From Gemmatimonadales bacterium (GTDB lineage: Bacteria > Gemmatimonadota > Gemmatimonadetes > Gemmatimonadales > GWC2-71-9): a stretch of DNA of 64,000 bases. Where the stretch lies: the NCBI GenBank assembly GCA_044221045.1, contig JBGAPX010000004.1, positions 6,733-70,732 of the forward strand, given 5' to 3'. The notes under the pieces were generated by a model, which saw only the letters and a program-made list of their open reading frames with translations, was not told the DNA's origin and made no database searches. Positions 27,149 through 36,965 of the stretch are shown here, one piece after another. The translations under genes were made by a program, and so were the position numbers. Position 1 is the first letter of the stretch. Every line of letters begins with the position of its first letter.

Positions 27149-29097
27149 CCACCCGCACCAAGGAACTCACGCCCCTGCGCGCGCTGGCGCGCGTGATGGG
27201 GGTCGCCACCCGCTACACCGATGGGCTGGGCCGCCGGGTGACCGTGGCCCCCGAGACGCTGGTGCGGGTCTGCGCCGCGGTCGGGGCGCCCGTCACCTCC
27301 CCGAGCGACGCGGCGGATGCCCTCCGCGCGGTACGCGCCCACCGCCGGGCCGAGCTGGTCCCGCCGGTCCTGGTGGCCTGGGACGGCACCCTGGCGCCCT
27401 TCCGCGTGGGAGGCTCGGGGCCGCTCAGCTTCGAGTTGCGCCTCGAGGACGGCCAGCGCGCGGAGCTGGAGGAGTTCGACCGGTGGCTGCGGCCCAAGGG
27501 GCCGCTGCCGGCGGGGTATCACCGGCTCACGGTCGACACGGCCGGGCAGCAGGTGAGCACCACGGTCATTGCCTCGCCGGTCCATGCGTGGCGGCGGCCC
27601 GGGGCGCGGCACAGCTGGGGGATTGGCACCCACCTGGCCGCGCTCCGCTCGGCCCGCAGCCGCTCGGTGGGGGACCTGCGCGACCTCGAGTCGGTGTGCC
27701 GCTGGATCCAGGGCCAGGGTGGCGACCTCGTCACCGTGCTGCCGCTGCTCCCGACCTTCAACACGCAGTGGCCCGAGTGCAGTCCCTATTCCCCGGTGAG
27801 CCGCCTCTTCTGGTCCGAGTTGATCCTCGACCTGAGCGAGGCGCACCGGCCCACCGAGGCGCCGGCCATGCTCGACGTGACCCGCGCCGATGCCGAGGTA
27901 CGGGCCGCGCTCGCGGGGGCGCCCCTGCCGGCGCCCGAGGCGCTGGACGAAGAACTGGTGCGCTACGCCCGGTTCCGCGGGGCGCAGGCGCGCCTGGGCC
28001 GCAACTGGCGCGACTGGCCGGCGGCGGCGCGGGCCGGCACCCTCGCACCGGACCAGGTGGACCCGGACGAGGAGCGGTTCCACCTCGTGGCCCAGCACGC
28101 GGTGCGCGGCCAGCTGCGCGCGCTGCGCCAGCGGCTCGACCGGGACGGCTTCCGCCTGGGACTGGACCTCGCGGTGGGCGGCCACCCCGACGGCTACGAC
28201 CCCTGGTCGCGGCAGGCGCTGTTTGCCGGCGGGATGTCGGTGGGCGCGCCGCCCGATGGCGGCTTCCCCAGTGGCCAGGACTGGGGCTTCAGCCCCGTGC
28301 TCCCCGAGGCCTCGCGGCGGGAGGGCCATGCCTACCTGGCCGGCTCGATCGCGCACCAGGCGAGCCTGGCCGGCGTGCTCCGGGTGGACCACATCATGGC
28401 CTGGACCCGGCTGTACTGGATTCCCCACGGTTTCGGGCTGCACGACGGTACCTATGTCTCGTACCCGGCGGAGGAGTTGTTCGCCATCCTGGCCCTCGAG
28501 TCGAACCGGCACCGCTGCGAGGTTGTCGGCGAGAACCTCGGCACCGTACCCAAGGAGATCTTCGAGGCGCTGCCGCGGCACCGGATCTGGGGCATGTACC
28601 TGGCCATGTTCCAGGCGTCCGCGGGCCCGGACGTGGCACCGCCCACCGCCGCCGACATGGCGCTCATCGGCACGCACGACACGCCGACCTTCGCCGGCTG
28701 GCTGGCGGGCCATGACATCGCCGACCGGGTGCGCTACGGGCTGCTGGCCGAGTCGGGCGCGCCGGCCGCGATCCAGGAGCGGCTGCAGGCGATGGGCTGG
28801 CTTGCGGCGCACCTCGGGGTCCCGGTGGAGGACCGTCCCCGGTTCCTGCTGGCCCTGCTCGAATGGCTGGGCCGCTCCGGCAGCCCCCTGGTCGTCCCCT
28901 GGCTCGAGGACCTCTGGCTGGAGGGGGTGGCCGTGAACCTGCCGGGCACCCCATCCACGCTCCGCCCCAACTGGCAGCGCCCGATGAGCCGCCTGCTCGA
29001 CGACGCGTTCCAGGATCCCCAGGTGGCCGTCCTCCTCGAGCACCTGCAGCAAGCCCGGCAGGCCGCGCCCGGCGGCCCCGTGTCCGATCACCCCTGA
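27145..29097 (+). CDS. malQ: 4-alpha-glucanotransferase (GH77)
   Basis: SPYSPVSR, DLAVG, GAPPD..GQDWG, LRVDH, GENLG, GTHDTPT, NLPGT..PNW. Confidence 0.93.
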   Translation: MTTRTKELTPLRALARVMGVATRYTDGLGRRVTVAPETLVRVCAAVGAPVTSPSDAADALRAVRAHRRAELVPPVLVAWDGTLAPFRVGGSGPLSFELRLEDGQRAELEEFDRWLRPKGPLPAGYHRLTVDTAGQQVSTTVIASPVHAWRRPGARHSWGIGTHLAALRSARSRSVGDLRDLESVCRWIQGQGGDLVTVLPLLPTFNTQWPECSPYSPVSRLFWSELILDLSEAHRPTEAPAMLDVTRADAEVRAALAGAPLPAPEALDEELVRYARFRGAQARLGRNWRDWPAAARAGTLAPDQVDPDEERFHLVAQHAVRGQLRALRQRLDRDGFRLGLDLAVGGHPDGYDPWSRQALFAGGMSVGAPPDGGFPSGQDWGFSPVLPEASRREGHAYLAGSIAHQASLAGVLRVDHIMAWTRLYWIPHGFGLHDGTYVSYPAEELFAILALESNRHRCEVVGENLGTVPKEIFEALPRHRIWGMYLAMFQASAGPDVAPPTAADMALIGTHDTPTFAGWLAGHDIADRVRYGLLAESGAPAAIQERLQAMGWLAAHLGVPVEDRPRFLLALLEWLGRSGSPLVVPWLEDLWLEGVAVNLPGTPSTLRPNWQRPMSRLLDDAFQDPQVAVLLEHLQQARQAAPGGPVSDHP

Positions 29098-29111
29098 GGC
29101 TACGCACGCCC

Positions 29112-30704
29112 ATGGCATCCCACGCCGCCACCGCATCCGCCGCCGGGTCCGCCGTCCGGACCAAGCCGCGGCTCTCGTTCTGGGAAATCTGGAACATGAG
29201 CTTCGGCTTCCTCGGCATCCAGATCGGCTTCGCGCTGCAGAACGCCAACGTGAGCCGGATCTTCGAGACCCTGGGCGCCAAGGTCGAGGACATCCCCATC
29301 CTCTGGATCGCCGCGCCGGTCACGGGGCTCCTGATCCAGCCGATCGTGGGCTATTTCAGCGACCGCACCTGGAACCGCCTGGGCCGGCGGCGGCCGTACT
29401 TCCTTGGCGGTGCGATCCTCGCCTCGCTGGCCCTGCTGGCCATGCCGAATTCCCCCACGCTCTGGGTGGCGGCCGGGATGCTGTGGATCATGGATGCCTC
29501 GATCAACATCTCGATGGAACCGTTCCGCGCCTTCGTGGGCGACAACCTGCCCTCGGAGCAGCGCACCACCGGCTTCGCGATGCAGAGCTTCCTGATCGGC
29601 ACCGGCGCGGTGGCGGCTTCGGTCCTGCCGTGGGTGCTCACCACCTGGTTCGGGGTGAGCAACGAGGCGCCGCCCCACGTGATTCCCGACTCGGTCCGGC
29701 TCTCGTTCATCTTCGGCGCGGCGGTGTTCTTCGCGGCGGTGCTGTGGACCGTCCTCCGCTCGCGGGAGTATTCCCCCGAGGAGATGGCCGCCTTCGCGGA
29801 GAACCAGGTGCGCGAGGTCAGCGGCCGTGAAGCGCGCACCCCCGCGGCCTACGCGGCCCTCGGCGGCCGGCAGGTGCAGCTGGGCGCGATCCTCATCGTG
29901 GTCGGCGCACTGGCCAGCGCCTGGCTGGCCCGCGCCGCGGCCTACCAGGTGATGATCCTGTCCGGCGGCGTGGCGGTGGTGGGCATGCTGCTCATCGTGA
30001 GCGGGATGATGCAGAAGGGCGGCCACTACGACAACGGATTCGTCACCATCCTGAATGACTTCGGCGACATGCCGCGCACCATGAAGCAGCTGGCGCTGGT
30101 GCAGTTCTTCTCGTGGTTCGCGCTGTTCGCGATGTGGATCTACACCACCCCGGCGGTCACTGCCCACCTCTACGGGGCCACCGACGCCACCTCGGCCCGC
30201 TACAACGAGGGCGCCAACTGGGTGGGGGTCGGGTTCGGCGCGTACAACGGCGTGGCCGCCATCGTGGCCTTCGCGATCCCGGTGCTGGCCCGGCGCACCA
30301 GCCGCAAGGTGGCGCACGCCATCTGCCTCTGCTGCGGCGCCCTGGGCCTCCTCTCGATCCTGGTGCTCTCGGACCCGCGCCTGCTGCTCGGCTCGATGGT
30401 CGGGGTGGGGATCGCGTGGGCCAGCATCCTGGCCATGCCCTACGCCATCCTGACCGGCTCGCTGCCGCCGTCGAAGATGGGCTACTACATGGGCGTCTTC
30501 AATTTCTTCATCGTGATCCCCCAGATCGTGGCGGCCGCGATCCTGGGCTTCTTCGTGCAGCGGTTCTTCGGCGGCGAGGCCATCTATGCCCTCGCCATCG
30601 GCGGGGGTTCCCTCCTCCTTGCCGCCCTGCTCACCCTCCGGGTCGAGGACCGGGACGACACCACGGCGACCCCATGGCACCCCGGCTTTCCTCCCTCGGT
30701 CTGA
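29112..30704 (+). CDS. MFS maltose/maltooligosaccharide transporter (SLC45-like)
   Basis: IWNMSFGFLGIQ, SDRTWNRLGRRRPY, MEPFRAFVGD, YMGVFNFFIVIPQ. Confidence 0.92.
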   Translation: MASHAATASAAGSAVRTKPRLSFWEIWNMSFGFLGIQIGFALQNANVSRIFETLGAKVEDIPILWIAAPVTGLLIQPIVGYFSDRTWNRLGRRRPYFLGGAILASLALLAMPNSPTLWVAAGMLWIMDASINISMEPFRAFVGDNLPSEQRTTGFAMQSFLIGTGAVAASVLPWVLTTWFGVSNEAPPHVIPDSVRLSFIFGAAVFFAAVLWTVLRSREYSPEEMAAFAENQVREVSGREARTPAAYAALGGRQVQLGAILIVVGALASAWLARAAAYQVMILSGGVAVVGMLLIVSGMMQKGGHYDNGFVTILNDFGDMPRTMKQLALVQFFSWFALFAMWIYTTPAVTAHLYGATDATSARYNEGANWVGVGFGAYNGVAAIVAFAIPVLARRTSRKVAHAICLCCGALGLLSILVLSDPRLLLGSMVGVGIAWASILAMPYAILTGSLPPSKMGYYMGVFNFFIVIPQIVAAAILGFFVQRFFGGEAIYALAIGGGSLLLAALLTLRVEDRDDTTATPWHPGFPPSV

Positions 30705-32350
30705 TCGCGGCGGGGGCGGCGCTCGCCGCTGCCTGCCAGCGCCCCGCCCCATCCGGCGCCGAGGGGGCACGCACCGTCGCGGCCACCACTCCGGCGGCCG
30801 CCCGGTACTGGAACGGCGCCACCATCTACTTCCTGCTCACCGATCGCTTCGCCAACGGCGACACCGCCAACGACCATGCGCTGGGGCGCGCGCACGACGG
30901 GGCGCTCTACCGCAACTTCGAGGGCGGTGACCTTGCCGGGGTGCGGCAGCGCATCGAGTCGGGCTATTTCGACAGCCTGGGGGTGACCGCCCTGTGGCTC
31001 ACACCCTTCGTGGAACAGATTCACGGCAGCGTTGACGAGGGCACGGGCAAGACCTACGGCTACCACGGCTACTGGGCCCGTGACTGGACCGCCGTCGATC
31101 CGGCCCTCGGCACCAGGGACGAGCTCAAGGCCATGGTCGACGCCGCCCACCGGCATGGGCTCCGGGTCCTGATGGATGCGGTGATCAACCATCCCGGCCC
31201 GGTCACGCCGCAGGATCCCGCATGGCCCGCCGACTGGGTCCGCACCGAGCCGCAGTGCCGGTACGACAGCTACGCCAGCACCACGGACTGCACCCTGGTC
31301 CCCACGCTTCCCGACATCCGCACCGACCGCGACTCCGCAGTGGCCCTGCCGCCTGCCCTGGTGGAGAAGTGGCGCGGCGAGGGCCGCCTCAGCACGGAGG
31401 AGGCGAGCCTCGACGCGTTCTTCCGCCGGACCGGGTATCCCCGCGCGCCGCGGTACTACCTGATCAAGTGGCTCACCGACTGGGTGCGGGAGTACGGCTT
31501 CGACGGCTACCGTCTCGACACCGCCAAGCACTTCGGGGAGGCGGTGAGCGCGGAGCTCAAGCGCGAGGCCTCGCTGGCGTACGAGGACTGGAAGCGGGCC
31601 CACCCCACGGAGGTCCTCGACAGCCTGCCCTTCTACATGGTGGGCGAGGTGTACGGCTACGGACCCGGCGGAGGGCGGGACTACGACTTCGGTGACCGGA
31701 AGGTGGACTACTTCGCCTTCGGCTTCGACGCGCTGATCAACTTCGCGTTCAAGGCGGAAGCGCACGGCTCCCTGGATACCCTGTTCAGCCGCTATGCCGG
31801 TGCGCTCCAGGACGGTGCGCTGGCCGGCGTGGCCCTGCTCAACTACGTGAGTTCGCACGATGACGGCGGGCCCTATGACCCGGCGCGGCAGGACCCGCTC
31901 GGCGCCGGCACGCGGCTGCTCCTGGCCCCGGGCGGCGCGCAGATCTACTACGGCGACGAACTGGCGCGGCCGCTGCAGGTGCCCGGCGCCAATGGCGACG
32001 CCAACCTGCGCTCGCCGATGAACTGGCCCGACCTCGCCCGCGGCGGAAGCACCGCCGCCACCCTCGAACACTGGCGCCGGCTGGGCCGGTTCCGCCGAGC
32101 CCACCCTGCGGTCGGTGCGGGCGCGCACCAGACGCTCCAGGCCTCGCCGCTCATCTTCAGCCGAGTCCTGGGCCCCGACCGGGTGGTGGTGGCGCTGGAC
32201 CAGCCCGCGGGCCGGAAGACCATCCCGCTGTTCGGGCTCTTCGCGGACGGGACCACCCTGACCGATGCGTACTCCGGGCAGCAGGCCCTGGTGACCGGAG
32301 GCACCGTGACCCTCACGACACCCGGCCGGCTCGCCCTGCTCTCCCAATAG
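30674..32350 (+). CDS. GH13 alpha-amylase, lipoprotein (MalS-like)
   Basis: Lipobox AAAC; YFLLTDRF, YHGYW, DAVINH, GYRLDTAKH, VGEVY, SSHDD. Confidence 0.93.
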   Translation: MAPRLSSLGLIAAGAALAAACQRPAPSGAEGARTVAATTPAAARYWNGATIYFLLTDRFANGDTANDHALGRAHDGALYRNFEGGDLAGVRQRIESGYFDSLGVTALWLTPFVEQIHGSVDEGTGKTYGYHGYWARDWTAVDPALGTRDELKAMVDAAHRHGLRVLMDAVINHPGPVTPQDPAWPADWVRTEPQCRYDSYASTTDCTLVPTLPDIRTDRDSAVALPPALVEKWRGEGRLSTEEASLDAFFRRTGYPRAPRYYLIKWLTDWVREYGFDGYRLDTAKHFGEAVSAELKREASLAYEDWKRAHPTEVLDSLPFYMVGEVYGYGPGGGRDYDFGDRKVDYFAFGFDALINFAFKAEAHGSLDTLFSRYAGALQDGALAGVALLNYVSSHDDGGPYDPARQDPLGAGTRLLLAPGGAQIYYGDELARPLQVPGANGDANLRSPMNWPDLARGGSTAATLEHWRRLGRFRRAHPAVGAGAHQTLQASPLIFSRVLGPDRVVVALDQPAGRKTIPLFGLFADGTTLTDAYSGQQALVTGGTVTLTTPGRLALLSQ

Positions 32351-32420
32351 ACGCGGGCCCTGGGGCAGCGTTCAACGGGCCCGTCGTGCGTCGGAAGGCT
32401 CCCACGAACCCGCCGGCCGA

Positions 32421-32429
32421 TGCTACCAT
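32421..32429 (+). promoter_or_regulatory. Extended -10 promoter candidate for the GxxExxY gene
   Basis: TG-C-TACCAT, 21 nt upstream of a GTG start that has a GGAGG SD. Confidence 0.45.
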
Positions 32430-32450
32430 GGGGTCGAGCCGGGGAGGCCC

Positions 32451-32837
32451 GTGAGCCTGGTCGAGCACGACACCAACCAGCTGAGCCAGGCGACCATCGG
32501 TGCCGCCATCGAGGTGCACCGTCACCTGGGGCCGGGGCTGCTGGAGTCCAGCTACCAGGCCTGCCTTGGCCGTGAGCTGGAATTGCGAGGCATTTCCTAC
32601 GAACGCGAAGTCGTCCTGCCGCTCGAGTACAAGGGCGAGCGGCTCGCCAAGTGCTACGTGATCGACCTGGTGGTCGGCGGGCGGCTGCTGGTGGAGGTCA
32701 AGGCGGTCGAGCGGCTGCTGCCGATCCACACCGCCCAGCTGATCACCTACCTGCGGCTCAAGGGGTTGTCGGCGGGGCTCCTGGTCAACTTCCACGTGGA
32801 GCAGCTGGTCCGCGGCGTCCGGAGGGTCCTCCTGTAG
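32451..32837 (+). CDS. GxxExxY protein (PD-(D/E)XK nuclease superfamily)
   Basis: VHRHLGPGLLESSY signature; IDLVV..VEVK; AQLITYLR; GLLVNF. Confidence 0.95.
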   Translation: MSLVEHDTNQLSQATIGAAIEVHRHLGPGLLESSYQACLGRELELRGISYEREVVLPLEYKGERLAKCYVIDLVVGGRLLVEVKAVERLLPIHTAQLITYLRLKGLSAGLLVNFHVEQLVRGVRRVLL

Positions 32838-32839
32838 AC

Positions 32840-32932
32840 GTCTCCGTGCCTCCGTCGTGAGATGTCACCACGGAGACACGAAGGGCATGAAGCCAGTCAC
32901 GTCTCTCCGTGCCCTCCGTGTCTCCGTGGTGA
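32840..32932. repeat. Three-arm inverted repeat built from CTCCGTG units
   Basis: Arm A 32840-32860, reverse-complement arm B 32865-32892, arm A' 32905-32932; B and A' match at 25 of 28 positions. Confidence 0.85.
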
Positions 32933-32948
32933 TCCCACCCTGCCCCTC

Positions 32949-34829
32949 CTACTCCCGCAGCCACACCCCCGCCCCGTGTGCCGGCAGCTGCACCCGGAGG
33001 CTGTCGCCCGACGTCACGGCCTGACCCTCCACCGGCCAGAGGGCGCGGAAGCTCCCGCTCGCCGGGACCGCCAGATCCACGGACTGCTCCGAGGCATTGA
33101 ACGCCACGATCGCCTGCTCCCCGCCCAGGGCCCGTTCGTAGGCCAGCACGTTATGCGCATCGTCGGTGACCAGCCACCCCGTGGTGCCGTCTACCCACAG
33201 CCGGAGATGCGCCTTCCGCAGCGCGATCAGCTCCCGATAGGTGCGCAGGAGCGCCGTGTCCACCGCGACCGGGTCCCGGTGACGGGGCCGGCCGAACGGA
33301 TCGGCGACCTCGTCCTCGTAGGTGAGATCACTCCAGACCACCGGCTTCCGCTCGTCCGGGTCGTCAGCTCCCCACATGCCCGCTTCGTCACCATTCCAGA
33401 TATGTGGCGCGCCGGTCCAGGTGAACTGCTGCACCAGGACCTGACGCTGGATCAGCCGCGTCCGGGCGTCGGGGCGCCCCAACCGGTAGGCCGGGTTCTC
33501 ACGCGGGGTGACGCCGTACTTGAAGATGCCGGGATTGTAGATCGAGGTCGCGAACCGCGGCGTATCGTGGCTCGCGGTCAGGTTCATCATGGTGCGGTAG
33601 TGCGCCGGCGGGATCCCGCGGGCGATCGAATCGAGCGCGTGGGCGTACCCGGAAGGGGTCAGTGCCGGCTCGGCCTGCGCCAGGTAGCTGCGCGTCGGGG
33701 CGAACCAGCGGTAGTGCATCACCGCGTCGAAGACGTCTCCCTGCAGCCAGGGCGCGGGGTCGTACATGCGGGGCCAGTCCTCGAACCAGACCTCCCCCAC
33801 CAGGTACGCCTCGGGATTGATGCCCCGCACGAACCGCCGGTAGTCACGCCAGAAGCCGAGCGGGACCATCTCTGCCACGTCCAGCCGGAACCCGTCGATC
33901 CCGTCCGAGGGGTCGCCATCGCCGTTGGGATCGAGCCAGCGCCGGCTCACGGCATAGACCAGGTCCTTCACGCCGGGCACCAGGTTGCCCTCGATCGCGC
34001 CGTGGGTCCGCCCCTCCGGCCGTCCCACCTTCTTCCACTCCGGCAGCGAGGGCACCCCGACCCAGCCGCGATACCGGAACTCGTTGGTGTCGGGGGTGGC
34101 CGGGTCGTCGAACTGCTGCACCTCGTACCAGTCGGCAAAGCGCGAGTCACGCTGCCGGGCCACCAGGTCCTTCCAGGCCGGGAAGTTCACGCCGGTGTGG
34201 TTCCACGAATAGTCGAGGATGATCCGCATCCCCCGCCGGTGCACCTCGGCGACGAGCTTGAGGAAAAGGCTGTCCGCGGCGGTCCATCCCCAGCTCGACG
34301 GGGTGAGCGGGTCCTCGCCCGCCATCTTCGCGGCGTCCCCCCGCGGGTCGGGGCCGAAGTTGCGGTCCACGTGCGGGTAGCTGGCTGCGTCGTACTTGTG
34401 CAGCGAGGGGGCGTCGTTGATCGGATTGAGGTAGAGCGCGGTCACGCCGAGGGACTCGAGGTAGTCGAGCCGGTCGAGGAGGCCCTGCAGGTCCCCGCCG
34501 TAGCGCCGCCACTGGGCAGTCCCGTAGAAGTCCTTGCCGGTGGCACGGGCCCATGGCTCCTGCCGGTACCAGTCCCAGGTCCAGGGTGTCACCTGCCAGC
34601 CGGCGGGGGCCGGGTCGGGGGTGAATGTCCGGATGTCCTCCAGCGTCGGGTCGTTGCCGGGATCGCCGTTGCGGAACCGCTCCACGAAGACCTGGTACCA
34701 GATAGCGTCGGCGGCCCAGGCGGGCGGGGCGAGGTTCGGCGGGGGCGCGGCCGCGGGGGCGGGATCGCGGGCACACCCCCCGAGCAGGGCGAGGAGCAGG
34801 ACCTGGACGGGGCGGGGCAAGGCACGCAC
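32949..34829 (-). CDS. GH13 neopullulanase/cyclomaltodextrinase-like lipoprotein
   Basis: Lipobox LGGC; WYQVFVERFRNGD, RRYGGDLQG, SLHKYD, GFRLDVAE, VGEVW, SHDTPR. Confidence 0.92.
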   Translation of the reverse strand: MRALPRPVQVLLLALLGGCARDPAPAAAPPPNLAPPAWAADAIWYQVFVERFRNGDPGNDPTLEDIRTFTPDPAPAGWQVTPWTWDWYRQEPWARATGKDFYGTAQWRRYGGDLQGLLDRLDYLESLGVTALYLNPINDAPSLHKYDAASYPHVDRNFGPDPRGDAAKMAGEDPLTPSSWGWTAADSLFLKLVAEVHRRGMRIILDYSWNHTGVNFPAWKDLVARQRDSRFADWYEVQQFDDPATPDTNEFRYRGWVGVPSLPEWKKVGRPEGRTHGAIEGNLVPGVKDLVYAVSRRWLDPNGDGDPSDGIDGFRLDVAEMVPLGFWRDYRRFVRGINPEAYLVGEVWFEDWPRMYDPAPWLQGDVFDAVMHYRWFAPTRSYLAQAEPALTPSGYAHALDSIARGIPPAHYRTMMNLTASHDTPRFATSIYNPGIFKYGVTPRENPAYRLGRPDARTRLIQRQVLVQQFTWTGAPHIWNGDEAGMWGADDPDERKPVVWSDLTYEDEVADPFGRPRHRDPVAVDTALLRTYRELIALRKAHLRLWVDGTTGWLVTDDAHNVLAYERALGGEQAIVAFNASEQSVDLAVPASGSFRALWPVEGQAVTSGDSLRVQLPAHGAGVWLRE

Positions 34830-34894
34830 GGGGGCTCTCTCCGCTGGGGATGACGGAAGAAGGTATCCCCCGCCGCGGCGACCGGCCACCGGCC

Positions 34895-36124
34895 TCAGAT
34901 CACGTGCTTGGCCCGGAGCTCCTCGACGCCCGCGGCATCAAAGCCCAGCTCCGCGAAGAGGTCGGCGGTGTGCTGGCCCAGGTCCGGGGCGGGGGTGCGG
35001 ATCCGTCCCGGAGTGCCGGTCAGCCGCGGAGTGACGTTGTGCATCTTGATCGTGCCGAGCTTGGGGTCCGGCGCGTCCACGAAGACCTCGCGCGCGACGA
35101 TGTGCTCGTCGGCCACGAGCTGGCTCACGTCGTAGACGGGAGCGGCGGTGATCCCGGCGGCCTCGAAGAAGGTGATGTTCTCCTCCAGGGTCCGGCTGCA
35201 GATGAAGCCGTCGATGATCCGGTCCAGCTCATCCACGTGCGCGATGCGGTCGGAGTTGGTCCGGAACCGGGGGTCGCGGATCAGCTCCGGCTTGCCGATC
35301 GACTCCATGAGGCGCTCGAACATCGGCTGCATCGAGGCCGAGACCGCGAGGAACCGCCCGTCGCGCGTATGGTAGACGTTGCGGGGGGCGCTGACCTGGA
35401 GCCGCGAGCCGATCCGGATGGGGATCTCGCCGGTGTGCTGGTAGACCGCCGCGTCGGGGCCCACGATCGAGATGAGGGGCTCGAGCAGCGAGAGGTCCAC
35501 CACCTGCCCCGCCGCGCCATGCTGCTCCCGCGCCCGCACGGCGGTGACGACGGCGAAGGCACCGTAGGTGCCGGCCACCATGTCGGCCAGCGCCACGTTG
35601 GGGAGCACCGGCGGGTGGCCTGGAAAGCCCGTCTTGGCGGCGAACCCGGACATGGCCTCGATGAGGGTCCCGAAGCCCGGGCGGGTGCGGTAGGGGCCGG
35701 TCTGCCCGAACCCCGAGATGCGCACGATGATGAGCTTCGGGTTGCGCGCCAGCAGCTGGTCGGGGCCGCAGCCCATCTTCTCCAGCGTGCCGAACTTGAA
35801 GCTCTCCACCATCACGTCGGCCTTCTCCACCAGCCGCAGCAGCAGCGCCCGTCCTTCCGGCAGCCGCAGGTCCAGGGTGATGCTGCGCTTGTTCCGGGCG
35901 TAGACCTTCCAGAACAGGCTCTCCCCGTTGGCCGCCTTCCATTCGCGCAGCGCATCGCCAGTGCCCGGGTCCTCGACCTTGACCACGTCGGCGCCGAAGT
36001 CGGCGAGGAGCAGCGTCAGCATGTTCCCGGCCACCAGCCGGGAGAGGTCCAGCACCCGGATGCCGGTCAGCGGCAGGGGTTCCCCGTCGGGGGCGGCGTC
36101 GGGGGCGGTCGCATCGGTGGTCAT
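34895..36124 (-). CDS. CaiB/BaiF family (class III) CoA-transferase
   Basis: LTGIRVLDLSR, LADFGADVVKVE, RNKRSITLDL, ISGFGQTGPY, APDLGQHT. Confidence 0.95.
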   Translation of the reverse strand: MTTDATAPDAAPDGEPLPLTGIRVLDLSRLVAGNMLTLLLADFGADVVKVEDPGTGDALREWKAANGESLFWKVYARNKRSITLDLRLPEGRALLLRLVEKADVMVESFKFGTLEKMGCGPDQLLARNPKLIIVRISGFGQTGPYRTRPGFGTLIEAMSGFAAKTGFPGHPPVLPNVALADMVAGTYGAFAVVTAVRAREQHGAAGQVVDLSLLEPLISIVGPDAAVYQHTGEIPIRIGSRLQVSAPRNVYHTRDGRFLAVSASMQPMFERLMESIGKPELIRDPRFRTNSDRIAHVDELDRIIDGFICSRTLEENITFFEAAGITAAPVYDVSQLVADEHIVAREVFVDAPDPKLGTIKMHNVTPRLTGTPGRIRTPAPDLGQHTADLFAELGFDAAGVEELRAKHVI

Positions 36125-36218
36125 GACGGCTCCGGCGGAACGTGAAGACCTTGCATCATTGCACGACGGCTTGAAGCGGCCGTGAATTGTCCGTGAGGCC
36201 CGGCACGCCGGGCCAGTC

Positions 36219-36965
36219 CTAGATGTACTGCTGGAAGAGCAGCATCGCGATCGTGGTCGCCCCCACCAGCACCGCGATGGTGCGGCTCTCCGCGGCGTCA
36301 TAGGCCTCGGGGAGGATCTCGATCAGCACCATGTAGACCATCGCCCCCGCGGCGAACCCCAGGCCCACGGGCAGCGCCGGCCGCACCCGCTCCACCACGA
36401 GGTACGCGGGCAGCGCCATGACCGGCTGCGGCAGCGACGAAACGATGGACCACCCCGCGCAGGCCCACAGCGAGACGCCCCGGGGCCGCATCACGGCGGT
36501 GATGGCCAGGCCCTCGGGAATGTTGTGGATGGCGAGGGCCACCGTGATCGCGATCGCCAGCGACTCGCCGCCGCCGAAGGAGACGCCCACGGCCACCCCT
36601 TCGGCGAAGGAGTGCACCGTCATCACCACGACCAGCAGCAGCATCCGCCGCGCCCCCGCCCCGGACAGCGACGCGAACTCGATCTCGTGCTCCCCGAGCA
36701 GCCACTGGGTGACGAGGATGAACAGCACGCCCGCGGCCGCGCCCAGGAAGGTCCGGGTCGGCCCGTGCTGGACCCCTTCCGCCAGCAGGCCCAGGCTGGC
36801 CCCGAGCATCAGGCCCGCCGCGATGGCGCCGGCGGCGGCCACGGCCCGCCCCGAGAGCTCCGTGATGAACCGGAACGGAATGGCGCCCAGCCCGGTGGCC
36901 AGCGCCGTCACCAGGGCGCTCAGGAATACTGCCCAGAGGATCGGGACCCCCGCCAGATCGGTCAC
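36219..36965 (-). CDS. ZIP family metal transporter (GufA/ZupT-like)
   Basis: ATGLGAIPF, HSFAEGVAVG, AIHNIPEG, FAAGAM. Confidence 0.9.
   Translation of the reverse strand: MTDLAGVPILWAVFLSALVTALATGLGAIPFRFITELSGRAVAAAGAIAAGLMLGASLGLLAEGVQHGPTRTFLGAAAGVLFILVTQWLLGEHEIEFASLSGAGARRMLLLVVVMTVHSFAEGVAVGVSFGGGESLAIAITVALAIHNIPEGLAITAVMRPRGVSLWACAGWSIVSSLPQPVMALPAYLVVERVRPALPVGLGFAAGAMVYMVLIEILPEAYDAAESRTIAVLVGATTIAMLLFQQYI

Noticed and set aside
16945-30704. Apparent giant fusions in the ORF track (18321..22559, 23276..27148, 25345..29097)
   Set aside because: Upstream extensions are off-frame overlaps of neighbouring genes; real starts with signal peptides or ATGA coupling lie at 19908, 25076 and 27145.
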